From Alphaproteobacteria bacterium (GTDB lineage: Bacteria > Pseudomonadota > Alphaproteobacteria > JAJFIK01): DNA of 64,000 nt. Under the pieces are notes generated by a model. That model searched no databases. It was not told the DNA's origin and saw only the letters and a program-made list of their open reading frames with translations. The number at the start of each line of letters is the position of its first letter. Within the stretch, counting starts at the first letter, position 1. Shown in pieces: positions 55,812 to 64,000 of the stretch. The translations under genes and the position numbers were made by a program. The stretch is from assembly GCA_050331455.1 (NCBI GenBank), contig JBHJGV010000029.1, positions 21,596 to 85,595 on the forward strand, given 5' to 3'.

Positions 55812-58800
55812 TCAGAAGCGGTAGCGCAGACCGATCTGAACCGTCCAGAGCGACGCCGAGAAGCTGATGAACTCGGAGTTGTCGGGATTGAAACCGTCGA
55901 TGATGTAGCGCCCTTCCTCATCCACATTGCCATCGACCAGGTCGATTTCCGACTGGTTGAAGCGGCGGAAGATGTTGGCCTCGCTGGAGATCAGGTTGGG
56001 CAGGTTGTCGATATCGACGAAGAAGATCGTCTCATGCCCCTGCAGGAAACCCGGCAGGGACTGCTGGAAGCGCATGTCGAGATCCAGGAACCAGTCATTA
56101 CGGCAGGAGTTCCGCTGGAAGGTCCGGCCCCGCTGACTGCTCAGGCACTCATCGGCGTCAATAAAGGCATTGAGCGCAGCCAGATCGTCCGGATCGGACA
56201 TGGGGCTGATGAACGGATCATTCGGTCCCGTGGGCACATAGAGCAGGGCGTTGTCGCTGCCCGCTTCGAAACCGGAGAAGAAGCCGCCATCGAAGGTGTA
56301 GCTATAGGGCCGGCCGGAGCGTGCCTGGAAGAAGAAGCTCACGCGGGTCGGATAATCGCGGACGAACTCATTCTCGAAGGTCGTCGCCATGGTCACATTG
56401 TGGCGGGTCTCGAAGTTCGAGGCCGACACGCCCGGATTGTTGTAGTCGAACACCGCCGTGCCATTGAAGTTCGACGTGGACTGGGCACTCGTGTTGTCCC
56501 GGCGGTTGTCGGCGTCCGTGAAGGCATAACCGAAGGCCAGATCCACGGTGGCCGGCGTGTTCAAATACGGCGTCGTGTACTCGAACTCCTTGGTGAAGAA
56601 GGCCGAGAACGTGACCGACTTGAAGCCGTCACTGTTCGTGAGCTGAATTTCGTCGTCCCGGAAGCTGAAGCAATCGGGCGTGACGTCGGAGAAGCCCTGG
56701 CGCGGACCAAGGAATTGGGCGTTACAGCCATCCGCCGTCGGATCGACAGCTTCATAGATAGGCCGTCCGTCCACGGTGAAGCCGTTGAGGCCCTGGGTCG
56801 GATTGACTGCGAGCGAGAGGTCCACGAAATCGGCTGGATTGCGGAAGGCACTGACGATCACGTCGAGCTGAACCGTCCAGTCGTCGAAAAAGCCGCCGGC
56901 GGCACCCTGGAAGTCCGTGAAGTGGGTCAGACCGAAGTTACCGCGGATGACCGTCGGCAGTTCGAAGTCCTGGGCCGTCGACTGGGAGTCGCCGAGATTT
57001 TCCGAAGCCTGGGCGATCTGCTGCGCCGTCACACAATCCGGGACGCCGGTGAAATCGCCGTCCTCGTCGATGACCTGGAGCACGTCCTCCGTACAGCCCG
57101 CGCCGGCGCTGCTGCCTTCGCCGATGGCACCGCCGAAATTCTGGAAGGCATTCGACAGCCACACCGTCGGGTCGCCGCCGGCGAAGATGCCGGCGCCGCC
57201 GCGCAGCTGGGTGCTGCCGAAGCGGGTGAAGGGCACGTCATACGTGAAGCCGAAGCGCGGCAGGAAGGCATCAAGACCGTCGAACGCGGCATCGTTACCG
57301 AAGCCGTAGCGCTCCACAAAGTTCTCGTTCAGCGTCGGCACGTCGCTCTCATAGCGGTCGTAGCGAATGCCGAACAACAGGGTCAGGTCGTCAGTGACGT
57401 CCCACTCGTCCTGGAGATAGAGGGAGTGGATCGCGCGGCTGTAATTGGCGGCGGCATCGACCGGATCGCCGGAGAAGGACCCGGCCCCGATGATCCCGGC
57501 CACGGAACCGTCTTCGAAGTCGCCGGCATCGCTGAAGGGGTTGGTGTTCCCGCCATTATTGGCGATCCCCGCCGCGAAATTCTCCACGCTGGTGAAGCTG
57601 ATCGCGCCAGTCGCGTTCACGATGAACAGGTTGAACACGTCGAGTTGATCGAGTTCGTAGCCGGCGGTCAGGGTGTGGCGGCCTTGCGTATAGTTGGCGA
57701 TGGCCCGGACCTGATCCGTCTGGGTGATAAGGGAGTTTGCCGACCGGAAGATGCCCGGACCGGCCGCCTGGACGATGCCCGATGCGCCATTGTCCGGATT
57801 GGTCACGAGGACGCGCAGACGCGGGATGGGCACATTGTCCTGGGCCTCGCCGCCGCCGACCGGGTTTTGGTTGTCCTGGATGTCGGCGCGGGAGATGCGG
57901 ATTTCCGTGGAGAGTTTGTCCGTCCACTGGGAGAACAGGCGGGCGGAGTAGAACTCGGCCTTGGTGCCTTCTTCCTCGAACGTGCCGCCGAAATGGAAGT
58001 TCTCTGCGTTGATGAACTCCTCTTCGGTGTTCGTCTCACGCAGGCGCTGATAGGTGAATTCCAGGCGGTGGTCGTCGTTGATGATCCAGTCCCACCGGGT
58101 GAGGATCCGGCGCGTTTCCTCGGGCAGGTTCGAGGTGATGCCGCCCGGATCGATGCCGTAAACATCGCGGGTGATCTGGGCAATCTCATTCGCCGTGTCG
58201 ACATTCAGGAACGGGACTTCCGTTGCAAAGCCGCCGCCGAGCGGGCCTTCCGGCTGCACGTCGGAGTCGTCCGTCTCTTCATAGGCGACATAGAAGAACA
58301 GCTTGTCCTTGATGATCGGACCGCCGAGGGACGCACCCCAGTTGTAGTCCCGGAATTCCGCGAAATCGAGGTCCCGGTCTTCCAGGCGGCTGCCGGTCAG
58401 GCCGGAGCTGTTGAAGACGGCAAAGGCCGAACCGTGGAACTCGTTGGTGCCGGACTTGGTGACGGCGTTGATGTTACAGCCCGTGAACTGACCGTACTGC
58501 ACATCGAACGGCGCGAATTCCACGGAGACTTCGCGGATGGAATCGAAGGGCAGCGGGATAACGTTCCGGCCGGCAAAGCCCGTGCCGTTGAGGCCGAAGG
58601 GGTCGGCCTGGCGCACACCGTCCACGGTGAAGGTGTTGAACCGGCTGTTGCCGCCGATACAGCTGATCTGGTCCACATCGTCGCCGGTCCGCTCCAGGCT
58701 GACGCGCGGGTCGATCCGGATGATGTCGCGGAAGTCGCGGCTGATGGACGGGAAGTCCTGGAGCGTTTCCAGGCTGAAGCTCGAGCTCGGGCCGATGGCG

Positions 58801-59216
58801 ACGGACTGGATTTCCTGGCGCGTGCCGGTCACGACCAGGACTTCATCCGCCACGCCGGCTTCGAGGGCCGGGAGCTGGAAAGTCAGGCGGCGCTGGGCAT
58901 TCAGATCCAGGAACACATTGGGAATGGCGCGGGACTGGAAACCGTCCCGGCTGACGGTCACCCGGTACGGGCCGCCGACGACCAGGTTGGTCGCCGTGAA
59001 GCGGCCGAAGTCATCGGTCCTCGTCCGCCGCGTGGCGTTGGTCCGGGTGTCGACAATGACCACCTCGGCGCCGGCCAGGGCCGCACCGCCGGGATCGGTC
59101 ACGACACCGCGAATTTCAGACGTGATCTGCTGGGCATAAGCCGGAGCCGCGAGAGCCGCCGTCAGAGCGAGCGACGCGGTGCCAAGGGCGAGCTGGTTGA
59201 ACAGGCGCATGCGCAC
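55812..59216 (-). CDS. large TonB-dependent receptor with N-terminal carboxypeptidase-regulatory-like domain (Oar-like)
   Basis: Signal peptide LALTAALAAPAYAQQ. CarboxypepD_reg-like IRGVVTDPGGAALAGAEVVIVDTRTNATRRTRTDDFGRFTA. TonB-box/plug region. ~1100-aa barrel ending in the aromatic GLRYRF. Confidence 0.8.
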   Translation of the reverse strand: MRMRLFNQLALGTASLALTAALAAPAYAQQITSEIRGVVTDPGGAALAGAEVVIVDTRTNATRRTRTDDFGRFTATNLVVGGPYRVTVSRDGFQSRAIPNVFLDLNAQRRLTFQLPALEAGVADEVLVVTGTRQEIQSVAIGPSSSFSLETLQDFPSISRDFRDIIRIDPRVSLERTGDDVDQISCIGGNSRFNTFTVDGVRQADPFGLNGTGFAGRNVIPLPFDSIREVSVEFAPFDVQYGQFTGCNINAVTKSGTNEFHGSAFAVFNSSGLTGSRLEDRDLDFAEFRDYNWGASLGGPIIKDKLFFYVAYEETDDSDVQPEGPLGGGFATEVPFLNVDTANEIAQITRDVYGIDPGGITSNLPEETRRILTRWDWIINDDHRLEFTYQRLRETNTEEEFINAENFHFGGTFEEEGTKAEFYSARLFSQWTDKLSTEIRISRADIQDNQNPVGGGEAQDNVPIPRLRVLVTNPDNGASGIVQAAGPGIFRSANSLITQTDQVRAIANYTQGRHTLTAGYELDQLDVFNLFIVNATGAISFTSVENFAAGIANNGGNTNPFSDAGDFEDGSVAGIIGAGSFSGDPVDAAANYSRAIHSLYLQDEWDVTDDLTLLFGIRYDRYESDVPTLNENFVERYGFGNDAAFDGLDAFLPRFGFTYDVPFTRFGSTQLRGGAGIFAGGDPTVWLSNAFQNFGGAIGEGSSAGAGCTEDVLQVIDEDGDFTGVPDCVTAQQIAQASENLGDSQSTAQDFELPTVIRGNFGLTHFTDFQGAAGGFFDDWTVQLDVIVSAFRNPADFVDLSLAVNPTQGLNGFTVDGRPIYEAVDPTADGCNAQFLGPRQGFSDVTPDCFSFRDDEIQLTNSDGFKSVTFSAFFTKEFEYTTPYLNTPATVDLAFGYAFTDADNRRDNTSAQSTSNFNGTAVFDYNNPGVSASNFETRHNVTMATTFENEFVRDYPTRVSFFFQARSGRPYSYTFDGGFFSGFEAGSDNALLYVPTGPNDPFISPMSDPDDLAALNAFIDADECLSSQRGRTFQRNSCRNDWFLDLDMRFQQSLPGFLQGHETIFFVDIDNLPNLISSEANIFRRFNQSEIDLVDGNVDEEGRYIIDGFNPDNSEFISFSASLWTVQIGLRYRF

Positions 59217-59492
59217 GAAATCCCCACATATTGTTCATGAAGCCACGGTCGCGCCTTGGAGCCGTGGAACAGCCTGAAAGCCCCCTCGCGCGCGTCCCAC
59301 GGAAAAACAGGATAAGGCAGAAATAAGACAGCCAAATGACACCCTCTGGTAACCCTTTGACCAGTGGAGCACCCGCTTGGCGTTAGCGCTCATGCCATGG
59401 GTCGCCGGTGACGATCCGGGCTGGTTCCTTTTTCAAGGGACCGCATCCGACAGGGCAGTGATGTGTAAGAAAACGCGTGGTAAGACCGATCC

Positions 59493-60665
59493 ATGACAGC
59501 ACAGCGTTCCGGCTCCGCGCCCGCCTCTCTCGGCCCCGTGCCCGATCCCGCCCTGGCGGGCCCCGGCGCCTGGCTCACCATCGACCTCGACGCGGTGGCG
59601 GCGAATTACCGTCTTATGAAGGACGCGGCCCGGGGCGCGCGGACGGCCGGCGTCGTGAAGGCCGACGGCTATGGCCTCGGTGCCGTCCCCGTGGCCCGGC
59701 GCCTCGCCCGGGAGGGCTGCGACCTCTTCTTCGTGGCCCATCTGAGTGAAGCCCTGACCCTGCGCCGGGATGGTGGGGCGCTCCTGGAGGGCTGCGCCAT
59801 CGCGGTCCTGAATGGCGTGCCGCCGGGCTGCGAAGGTCTCGCCATCGGTCAGAAGATCATTCCCGTGCTGAACGCTCCCGAAGCCGTCATCGCCTGGGCC
59901 GAGGCCGCGGCCGGTCCCGCCGGACCCCACGCGCCGGCCTTTGTGCAAATCGAGACCGGCATGAATCGTCTCGGCTTGACGGGGGAGGATGTGGCGGCGG
60001 TGCGGGGGCGGATCGAGAGCCTGTCCCTGGCGGGGATCCTGTCCCATTTCGCCTGTGCCGACGATCCGGACCATCCCCTGAACGCGGTCCAGACCGATCG
60101 CTTCCGCTCAATGGCCGGGACCTTGCCTTCCGCGCCGTGGAGCCTTGCCAATTCCGCGGCCACTCTATCCCGGCCCGATGCCCTGTTCGATCTGGTGCGC
60201 CCGGGGATCGGCCTTTACGGGGCCAATCCCTTCGCCGAGCGGCCCAACCCCCTTCGACCCACCGTTGAACTGACCGCGCGAATCCTTCAAACGCGCCGAA
60301 TTGACAAGGGGGATGCCGTTGGCTACGGAGCGACCTATGTCGCGGAAGGTCCGCGCCGCCTCGCCACGCTCGCCATTGGCTATGCGGATGGGTATGTGCG
60401 GGCCGGCAGCGGCCGCAACGCGGCCTATGTGCGGACACCCCAGGGGCCCGTGGCGGCGCCGGTCCTGGGCCGGATCTCCATGGATCTGGTAACGGTCGAC
60501 GTGACGGATGCACCGGAAGGCCTGAGCCGCGTGGGCGATAGCGTCATCGTGATCGGCGGCCCCGCGGATGTGGATACGGTGGGCCGCGCCGCAGGCACAC
60601 TTGGATATGAGATCTTGACCAGTCTCGGGCATCGCTATGCCAGGACCTATCTCGGGGCCGTTTGA
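59493..60665 (+). CDS. alr: alanine racemase
   Basis: VVKADGYGLG (PLP-binding Lys), GCDLFFVA, C-terminal GRISMDLVTVD..., and YEILTSLGHR are Alr signatures. Confidence 0.85.
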   Translation: MTAQRSGSAPASLGPVPDPALAGPGAWLTIDLDAVAANYRLMKDAARGARTAGVVKADGYGLGAVPVARRLAREGCDLFFVAHLSEALTLRRDGGALLEGCAIAVLNGVPPGCEGLAIGQKIIPVLNAPEAVIAWAEAAAGPAGPHAPAFVQIETGMNRLGLTGEDVAAVRGRIESLSLAGILSHFACADDPDHPLNAVQTDRFRSMAGTLPSAPWSLANSAATLSRPDALFDLVRPGIGLYGANPFAERPNPLRPTVELTARILQTRRIDKGDAVGYGATYVAEGPRRLATLAIGYADGYVRAGSGRNAAYVRTPQGPVAAPVLGRISMDLVTVDVTDAPEGLSRVGDSVIVIGGPADVDTVGRAAGTLGYEILTSLGHRYARTYLGAV

Positions 60666-60675
60666 AGGAGGACCC

Positions 60676-61479
60676 ATGACCGAGGCGACGCCCGACACTC
60701 CCGCGCCCTGGAACCCGCTGGCGATCATCGGCGCCATTACACTCGCCTTTCTGGAGCAGGTGGGCCAATTTTCCCGCTTCACCGTCGAGGCGGTGACGGC
60801 CTGCGTGCGCCCGCCGATCTATCCGTCGCTGATTCTCAAGCAGATGATGCAGATTGGATATTACTCCCTCCCCGTCGTGGGTCTGACGGCGCTATTCACC
60901 GGAGCCGTCCTGGCCCTGCAGATCTTCATCGGCGGCTCGCGCTTCAACGCCGAAAGCATCGTGCCGAGCATCGTCGTCCTGGGCATCACGCGGGAGCTGG
61001 GGCCCGTGCTCGCCGGCCTGATGGTGGCGGGCCGGGTCAGTTCTGCGATCGCGGCCGAGATTGGCACCATGCGCGTGACCGAGCAGATCGACGCCCTGCG
61101 CACGCTCTCGACCAATCCGTTCCAGTATCTCGTGGCACCGCGCCTGGTGGCGGCCGTGATCTCCTTGCCCATCCTGGTGCTGATCGCGGACGTCATCGGC
61201 GTCATGGGCGGCTGGCTGGTGGGCACCCAGTCCCTGGGCTTTTCCTCCGGACCCTACCTCAAGAACACGCTCGACTTTCTGGAGTTGGGGGACGTGACCT
61301 CCGGCCTGTGGAAGGCCGCCGTGTTCGGTTTCATCATTGCGCTGATGGGCTGTTACAACGGCTATTACAGCAAGGGCGGGGCCCAGGGGGTGGGCGCGGC
61401 GACGACCTTCGCCGTGGTCACCGCCTCGATCTTCATTCTGGCGGCGAATTATCTGCTCACGTCGCTGTTGTTTTCATGA
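60676..61479 (+). CDS. mlaE: phospholipid ABC transporter permease MlaE
   Basis: FLEQVGQFSRFTVEAV..., GITRELGPVLAGLMVAGRVSSAIAAEIGTMRVTEQIDAL, and six TM helices match the MlaE family. RBS AGGAGGA. ATG at 60676. Confidence 0.85.
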   Translation: MTEATPDTPAPWNPLAIIGAITLAFLEQVGQFSRFTVEAVTACVRPPIYPSLILKQMMQIGYYSLPVVGLTALFTGAVLALQIFIGGSRFNAESIVPSIVVLGITRELGPVLAGLMVAGRVSSAIAAEIGTMRVTEQIDALRTLSTNPFQYLVAPRLVAAVISLPILVLIADVIGVMGGWLVGTQSLGFSSGPYLKNTLDFLELGDVTSGLWKAAVFGFIIALMGCYNGYYSKGGAQGVGAATTFAVVTASIFILAANYLLTSLLFS

Positions 61480-62342
61480 CCGGCCCGCAGATCGCCCGCC
61501 GTTCCGGCGCCCCCACCGTGAAAGACTTACCCATGGTCCGTGCCGACACCGCCCTCGCCAACACGACGCCTGATATGCCCAAGATCGAGCTTAACTGCGT
61601 GTACAAGAGCTTCGGGCCGAAAAAAGTGCTGAATGGCCTCACCCTGTCGGTTGACCAGGGCCAGTCGCTGGTGGTCATCGGCGGGTCGGGCACTGGCAAA
61701 TCCGTCATGCTCAAATGTGTGCTCGGGCTCCTGCGCCCGGACGGCGGGTCCATCAAGGTGGACGGTGAAGAGACGACCGCCATGGGAGAGCGCGAGCGTG
61801 GCCGGATGATGGGCAAGTTCGGCATGCTGTTCCAGGGCGCCGCCCTGTTCGACAGCCTTCCCGTCTGGCAGAATGTGGCCTTCGGGCTGATCCGTGCCCA
61901 GGGCATGAACCGGCGGGATGCCAAGGACGTGGCCGTGGACACGCTGCGCAAGGTGGGCCTGGGGCCGGAAGTGGCCGATCTTCAGCCCTCGGAACTGTCC
62001 GGCGGCATGCAAAAGCGTGTGGGCCTCGCGCGCGCGATCGCCACCCAACCGGAGATTATCTTTTTCGACGAGCCCACCACAGGCCTCGACCCGATCATGG
62101 CCGACGTGATCAACGACCTGATCGTGGAGCGCGTAAAAGAACTCGGCGCGACCACCCTGTCCATCACCCATGATATGGCCAGTGCCCGGAAGATCGCCGA
62201 CGACGTCGCCATGATTTATGAGGGCCGCATTATCTGGCGTGGGCCCGCGGCGGAAATCGAAAGCTCCGGCAACGAATATGTGGACCAGTTCATCCACGGC
62301 CGCGCCGAAGGCCCCATCCGCGTGGAAGGGGTGCGGCGGTGA
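61476..62342 (+). CDS. mlaF: ABC transporter ATP-binding protein MlaF
   Basis: Walker A IGGSGTGKS, Q-loop, signature LSGGMQKRVGLARA, Walker B IIFFDEPT. Start tentatively the ATG overlapping the mlaE stop; later Mets (MVRADT, MPKIEL) are also possible. Confidence 0.8.
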   Translation: MTGPQIARRSGAPTVKDLPMVRADTALANTTPDMPKIELNCVYKSFGPKKVLNGLTLSVDQGQSLVVIGGSGTGKSVMLKCVLGLLRPDGGSIKVDGEETTAMGERERGRMMGKFGMLFQGAALFDSLPVWQNVAFGLIRAQGMNRRDAKDVAVDTLRKVGLGPEVADLQPSELSGGMQKRVGLARAIATQPEIIFFDEPTTGLDPIMADVINDLIVERVKELGATTLSITHDMASARKIADDVAMIYEGRIIWRGPAAEIESSGNEYVDQFIHGRAEGPIRVEGVRR

Positions 62343-62621
62343 CCCGACACGGACACTCTTTGTGCAGATAATGCCGCCGTAGGTGGATGTCGGGCTCCCG
62401 GACCACTCAACCAGACGGCTCCCAACCGGACATGGGGGCCTTTTTCGCGGCCGGCGGCGGGGTCCTGACCCTGCGCGAATCTTGACACCCTGTCATAAAC
62501 CACATAGCAATTAAGGGCTATTGAGTCGCACCTCAGCGGTGCGGCTCGAGACGGCGTGGGACACCGGGTTCATCAAAATACGTTTGAAAACAACACCAAG
62601 ACCAACCAAGAGGATCCCCCC

Positions 62622-63230
62622 ATGACCCCCATCACGCGTTTTGCGGCCGCCCTGGCGGCCTTTGGTTTCGCCGCCGCCCCGGCAGGCGCCCATGATCCGC
62701 AAAGCAATGGCGGCCTTGTCGGCGACGACTTCTACGCCACCGCCTTCGTCAGCGGTCAATACGGTATGTTCGGCGCGGACAATGACGACATCTACTATCG
62801 CGGCGGCAAAGGCTTCGGTGGCGGAATTTCCGTTGGCCGCGGTTTTGAAAACGCCTTCGGCAGCGGCCTTGCTTTGCGTACGGAGCTCGAGGGGTCCATC
62901 GGCCTGGGCGAACTCGGTGCATTCGACGCAGACTATCGGTACCAGACCTATTTCGGCAATGTGTGGTGGGATCTGGACTGCGCGATCTGTGAAGGGCGGA
63001 TGACGCCCTATTTCGGCGGCGGTCTCGGCTATGGCCGAATCAATTCGGACGATGCGGGCATTGAAGGCGGCGGTTTCAGCTATCAGGTCGGCGCCGGCTT
63101 CAACTACCGGATCAACGAGGACGTCTTTCTGGGCCTCGGCTACCGCTATCTCGGAACGAATTACGAAGCGGGCAGCGCCGAGGACTTCGAGGGCCACCGG
63201 CTTGACGGGCGCGTCGGCATTCCTTTCTGA
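62622..63230 (+). CDS. outer-membrane beta-barrel protein (OmpW/OmpA-like small barrel family)
   Basis: Signal peptide MTPITRFAAALAAFGFAAAPAGA, alternating Gly/aromatic beta-strands, and C-terminal ...RVGIPF. Start at MTPITRF. Confidence 0.7.
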   Translation: MTPITRFAAALAAFGFAAAPAGAHDPQSNGGLVGDDFYATAFVSGQYGMFGADNDDIYYRGGKGFGGGISVGRGFENAFGSGLALRTELEGSIGLGELGAFDADYRYQTYFGNVWWDLDCAICEGRMTPYFGGGLGYGRINSDDAGIEGGGFSYQVGAGFNYRINEDVFLGLGYRYLGTNYEAGSAEDFEGHRLDGRVGIPF

Positions 63231-63548
63231 AACCGGACGCAACAGGAATGGAGCGAGGCCGCACCCGGCGACCGGCCGGGTGCCTTGCTTTCTCGTCCTT
63301 TTCCTTCCCTCGCCTCCTGCAGCGCAACCGCGCCCTCCCCGGGGGACATTCTTCCCCCTTTGCGCTGCTCACCAAGCATTAAGGCAACGCGCCTAGCGTC
63401 GGGGCTGTTCCGGGAGCGGACAGCCCCCAAGCTCCGTCCAACACGCCCGGGACCTGTCTCGGCCGGCGGTCACCGCCGGTTCCGATCCCCCATGACACTG
63501 CCCTATATGGCACTGTCCCACACGACACTGTCCCACAAGGAGAACGTC

Positions 63549-64000
63549 TTGACCGTTCTGACTCCCTTCCCGACCCGGACCAATACCAATGAAACCTTCA
63601 CCAACGACAACGTCGCGTCCCTGCGTACGGAAATCAACCGTATCGTGAACAACGCATTCGAAAACACGGCCACAGGCCAGTCCCAGATGTCCGCGAGCGC
63701 CCAGACCATCCGGACCGTGATCCTAAACCTCCAGGCGGAGATCAACCGGATCATCGGCCTGCTGATCCAATCGGTGCCGGCGGCACCGGCCGCTCCCATG
63801 GCAACCCCGGTCGCCCAGCCGGCTTTCGCACCTTTCGGCTACGGCCCTGCCCCCTTTTTCGCCACGCCCTACACCCAGGCCCCCGCTGCACCGTTCCCGG
63901 TCGTGCCCTACGGCCAGGCACAGGGCTATGGCGTGGCCCCCGCTCCGGTCCCGGGCTTTGCGGCGATGCCACCCGCCCTTTACAGCGGCTTTCCGAGTTA
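63549..64000 (+). CDS. hypothetical protein, 5' part (runs off window end); helical N-domain then Ala/Pro/aromatic-rich low-complexity tail
   Basis: Open frame to the window end with RBS AAGGAG 6 nt upstream of a TTG at 63549. In-frame upstream ATGs at 63492 and 63507 are alternatives. Absent from the ORF track because no stop occurs in the window. Confidence 0.45.
   Translation, partial: MTVLTPFPTRTNTNETFTNDNVASLRTEINRIVNNAFENTATGQSQMSASAQTIRTVILNLQAEINRIIGLLIQSVPAAPAAPMATPVAQPAFAPFGYGPAPFFATPYTQAPAAPFPVVPYGQAQGYGVAPAPVPGFAAMPPALYSGFPS

Noticed and set aside
56034-59240. 1068-aa plus-strand ORF antisense to the TonB-dependent receptor
   Set aside because: The opposite strand has clear receptor plug/barrel features and a signal peptide. 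The antisense product is Gly/Arg/Ala/Glu-rich with no domain signature.
62480-62510. Possible sigma70-like promoter TTGACA-N17-TAGCAA upstream of the beta-barrel OMP gene
   Set aside because: Good -35 box but poor -10 match. Cannot be distinguished from chance without TSS data.
63549-64000. Tentative idea that the partial 3' gene encodes a phasin (PHA-granule protein)
   Set aside because: Only a vague compositional resemblance (helical N-domain, Ala-rich tail). No diagnostic motif. The gene is incomplete.

Overview
High-GC (about two-thirds G+C by eye) bacterial chromosomal segment. Gene order suggests an alphaproteobacterium: ruvB-ybgC-tolQ-tolR-tolA-tolB-pal, fabD-fabG-acpP-fabF-mltG-yicC-gmk, and rpsF-rpsR-DUF2232-rplI-dnaB are all arranged as typically seen in Alphaproteobacteria. 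Most of the window is housekeeping: the Tol-Pal cluster at 1-6300, sulfate-assimilation and lipoate genes around 13-16 kb, fatty-acid synthesis and ribosomal genes at 40-52 kb, and alr-mlaEF at 59-62 kb. The accessory-looking block lies at about 16.8-40.6 kb. It contains a proline-rich protein with a cysteine-rich C-terminus; a Wzy-dependent exopolysaccharide module (ExoP-like co-polymerase/BY-kinase, Wzy/ExoQ-like polymerase, short ExoF/Wza-like export protein) with a divergent GT2 glycosyltransferase and an orphan Alg14-like gene; an N-terminal TIR-domain / predicted transmembrane helix / Sel1-repeat protein; and a 12.5-kb, 4166-aa RTX/CARDB/VCBS-repeat adhesin-like gene with no type I secretion genes nearby. 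The TIR-Sel1 protein is the most novel-looking item. Signs of decay or rearrangement: tolB carries an in-frame TAG inside a 24-nt AT-rich patch; an RND-transporter C-terminal remnant sits where ruvA would be expected upstream of ruvB; and a truncated, frameshifted glycosyltransferase remnant lies near a tRNA-Leu(GAG). No rRNA, CRISPR, or recognisable IS/transposase/integrase genes were seen. All calls rest on reading the sequence and recalled family signatures. No database searches were run, and start coordinates where I moved the ORF start are approximate.
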